Notes under the pieces: generated by a model
Seen by the model: only the letters and a program-made list of their open reading frames with translations
The model's database searches: none
Told to the model about the DNA's origin: nothing
In this document: one piece after another, positions 61,828 through 64,000 of the stretch
Layout of the letters: every line of letters starts with the position of its first letter
Position numbering within the stretch: the stretch's first letter is position 1
NCBI RefSeq assembly: GCF_004010195.1
Contig: NC_057756.1
Coordinates: 5,570,167 to 5,634,166, forward strand
Reading direction: 5' to 3'
DNA: 64,000 nt
Origin: Chiloscyllium plagiosum
Lineage: Eukaryota
Position numbers and translations under genes: made by a program

Positions 61828-61983
61828 AAAAGTGTGGTGCTGGAAAAGCGCAGCAGGAATGAAGAAGGGCTTATGCCCGAAACGTCAATTCTCCTGCTTC
61901 TCAGATGCTGCCTGGCCTGCTGTGTTTTTCCAGCACCACACTTTTCAACTCTGGTCTCCAGCATCTGCAGTTCTCACTTTCTC
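61828..61983. mobile_element. PLE-derived short fold-back element
   Basis: Inverted pLTR halves; flanked by ctccagagagttg at 61815-61827 and 61984-61996. Confidence 0.75.
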
Positions 61984-63566
61984 CTCCAGAGAGTTGTTTA
62001 ATTGTCCACCACCATTGAGAACCTGGTTTCTCAGGACTGCGGCACCTAGATCTGATCTGTTGATGGGATCACTTAGCTCTGTCTGATATTTGCTGCTTAT
62101 GTTCTTTGACATCCAAATAGGCTTGTCTTGTTGCTTCATCAGGTGGACACTCCATTTTTTAGGTATGCCTGGTGTTGCTCCTGGCATGTCCTCCTGCACA
62201 CTCCATTGAACCAGGATTGATCCACTGGCCTGATGGTAATGCTAGAATGGAGGATATGGTGGGTTATGAGGCTAAAGTTTGTAATGGAGTACAGTTCTGC
62301 TGTTGATGGTTGATAGCGCTCATGAACGTCTTAAATTGCGAGATTAGATCAGTGATAGTGTACACGTGATAGAGTATTCTCAATGTGAAAATGGGACTGA
62401 GTCTCCATCCGGAGTAAGCACTAGTCACTTGTGCAGATACTGTTGTGGACAAATGAATTCATAGCACCTTGGGGTCTTCAGATGGTCTCTGGGGCAATGT
62501 CTACAAGGTGCATTTCTCTGAGGTAGGCCATGGTTTGATGAGTCTTTGAGACATCTCTCCTAATTTTGAAGTTTAATTTTGACTTTCCTTAATGTTGGTT
62601 GAGGAGGACTTCACCATTCTTGTTTCCAGAGCTGAGATTGGTGTCTGATAATCTGTCTGGCTTTGTTCCTTTTCTGATCTGTTTTAGCAGTTTGACCATT
62701 TCAGAGGACAGTTAACAGTAAGTCACACTGCTGTATATTTGAACTTGCATATATTCCAGTTCATTTCCTTCCCTAAAGAACATTATTGAGCCAGGTGGGC
62801 TTTTATGACCGTAACAGAGGTTAAACTGTAAGACCATGAGACATCAGAGAAGAAGTAGACCAATCAGTCCATTGTTACATGGTCTTCATTTGATATTTAA
62901 TTCAATATTTTATTTGGAATTCAAATTTCACCTTTTTTTTATTAAGTCAAGTCATTTTATCCCAGTGCTGCAGCTTTGGAGAGTGCTATCAACAGCACTT
63001 TTGTTATAGACCCTCTGTTCACTGAATAAACCTGCACATTGCCTAACGTAATGCTGTTTCTGGATGGTTTTGAATTCCCATCACAAGGCAGCAATCGGGT
63101 AATTGTTTTGTCTACTCTTTTATCTTAATCTATTGAACAGCTCACCACAATAATTTTAAAAATATGCAACGATAGTTCATCATCACCAAGATGCCACTCA
63201 GAGAGGACATCCTCAATGAAACTAAAACCATGCCTTTCACCCTTACTATTAACATACACAGTATAGAAATATAAATCAAACATAAAGCTTTATCAAAACC
63301 TCCACTTTAGAATCCACATTCTCAAACAATAGTAAGACATTATGAAGCTTCGTCACAAGTGCTTCAAATAATATCTGTAAAATGGTACACCTCATAAGCT
63401 TTTTGCATTCTCTGACAGCATGAAAACGATACAGCACATAAAAAACATGTTCAGAACTAACAACAGAGTTGAGTAATGCCATTTTCTCTTCTTAATTATT
63501 CAACATATTGGATGCACACATCCCTCTCCCTGCTTCTGTGTCAATTTGGATGGAAGCTGATATCTA

Positions 63567-63751
63567 GGAGAAAGTGAGGACTGCACTTGCTGGAGATCAT
63601 AGTCGGGAGTCTGGTGCTGGAAAAAGCACAGCAATTCAGGCAGCATCCGAGGAGCAGGAGAATCAACGTTTCAGGCATAAGCCCTTCCTGATTCTCCTGC
63701 TCCTCAGATGCTGCCTGACCTGCTGTGCTTTTCCGGCACCACACTCTCAAC
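63567..63751. mobile_element. PLE-derived short fold-back element
   Basis: gtgctggaaaaagcacagc..gaatc / gattc..gctgtgcttttccggcac inverted arms; sits at the stop of the ITSM exon. Confidence 0.8.
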
Positions 63752-63991
63752 ACTGGAAGTTGACCTCTGCATATTCTGTGTCTTCACCCCTGTACACAAG
63801 CCCATCTCTGCTGGGCAGCTTGAGAAGTTGATGTTGGTCGAAAGGAGGCCCTTAGTTCTGTCAGGATTCCCGTGTTGAGCATCTCCTTCCACTGGACCTT
63901 CAAAGACATCCCAGGAACCTGGTGTCTCCCCTTCTCCAACTCTCTTCCTGATTGTGTTCTGAGGGTCAGTGACCACCCTTTTCTGTGAAGC
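63747..63991 (-). pseudogene. Terminal cytoplasmic exon of a Siglec/CD22-like inhibitory receptor (degenerate ITIM plus ITSM), frameshifted
   Basis: Acceptor tctctgcag, then phase-0 ASQKRVVTDPQN...TKGLLSTNINFS. After a 1-nt frameshift near 63820 it reads KLPSRDGLVYRGEDTEYAEVNFQC*. TEYAEV (63762-63779) fits the TxYxxV ITSM; LLSTNINF resembles an LxYxxI ITIM lacking its Tyr. Confidence 0.7.
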
Positions 63992-64000
63992 CTGCAGAGA

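Noticed and set aside
63276..63482. 68-aa hydrophobic ORF
   Set aside because: No motif or splice support; probably 3' UTR or intergenic sequence downstream of the ITSM exon.

Overview
Eukaryotic, repeat-dominated DNA from a cartilaginous fish. The HE1-type SINEs, CR1/HER1-like LINEs and Penelope-like elements point to a shark, probably a carpet or bamboo shark (inference). Two 500-N scaffold gaps lie at 8104-8603 and 45162-45661. No intact protein-coding gene is present, and most listed ORFs are LINE fragments or translated tandem repeats. Among the repeats are disabled minus-strand exons of a CD22/Siglec-like Ig-superfamily receptor locus: two phase-1 Ig-domain exons (9194-9460, 10809-11078) and a frameshifted terminal cytoplasmic exon with a TEYAEV ITSM (63747-63991), plus several weaker exon candidates. 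Other notable structure: (1) a duplicated two-exon module whose second copy lost both exons; (2) minisatellites seeded from CR1, L2 and Deu-SINE sequence; (3) Penelope-derived fold-back elements and termini carrying minimal hammerhead ribozyme cores; (4) a Tx1/L1 insertion with twin-priming 5' inversion geometry; (5) an old inverted duplication retaining a CTCF-like motif; (6) deeply nested insertions. All calls are by eye, with no database search, and repeat boundaries are approximate.
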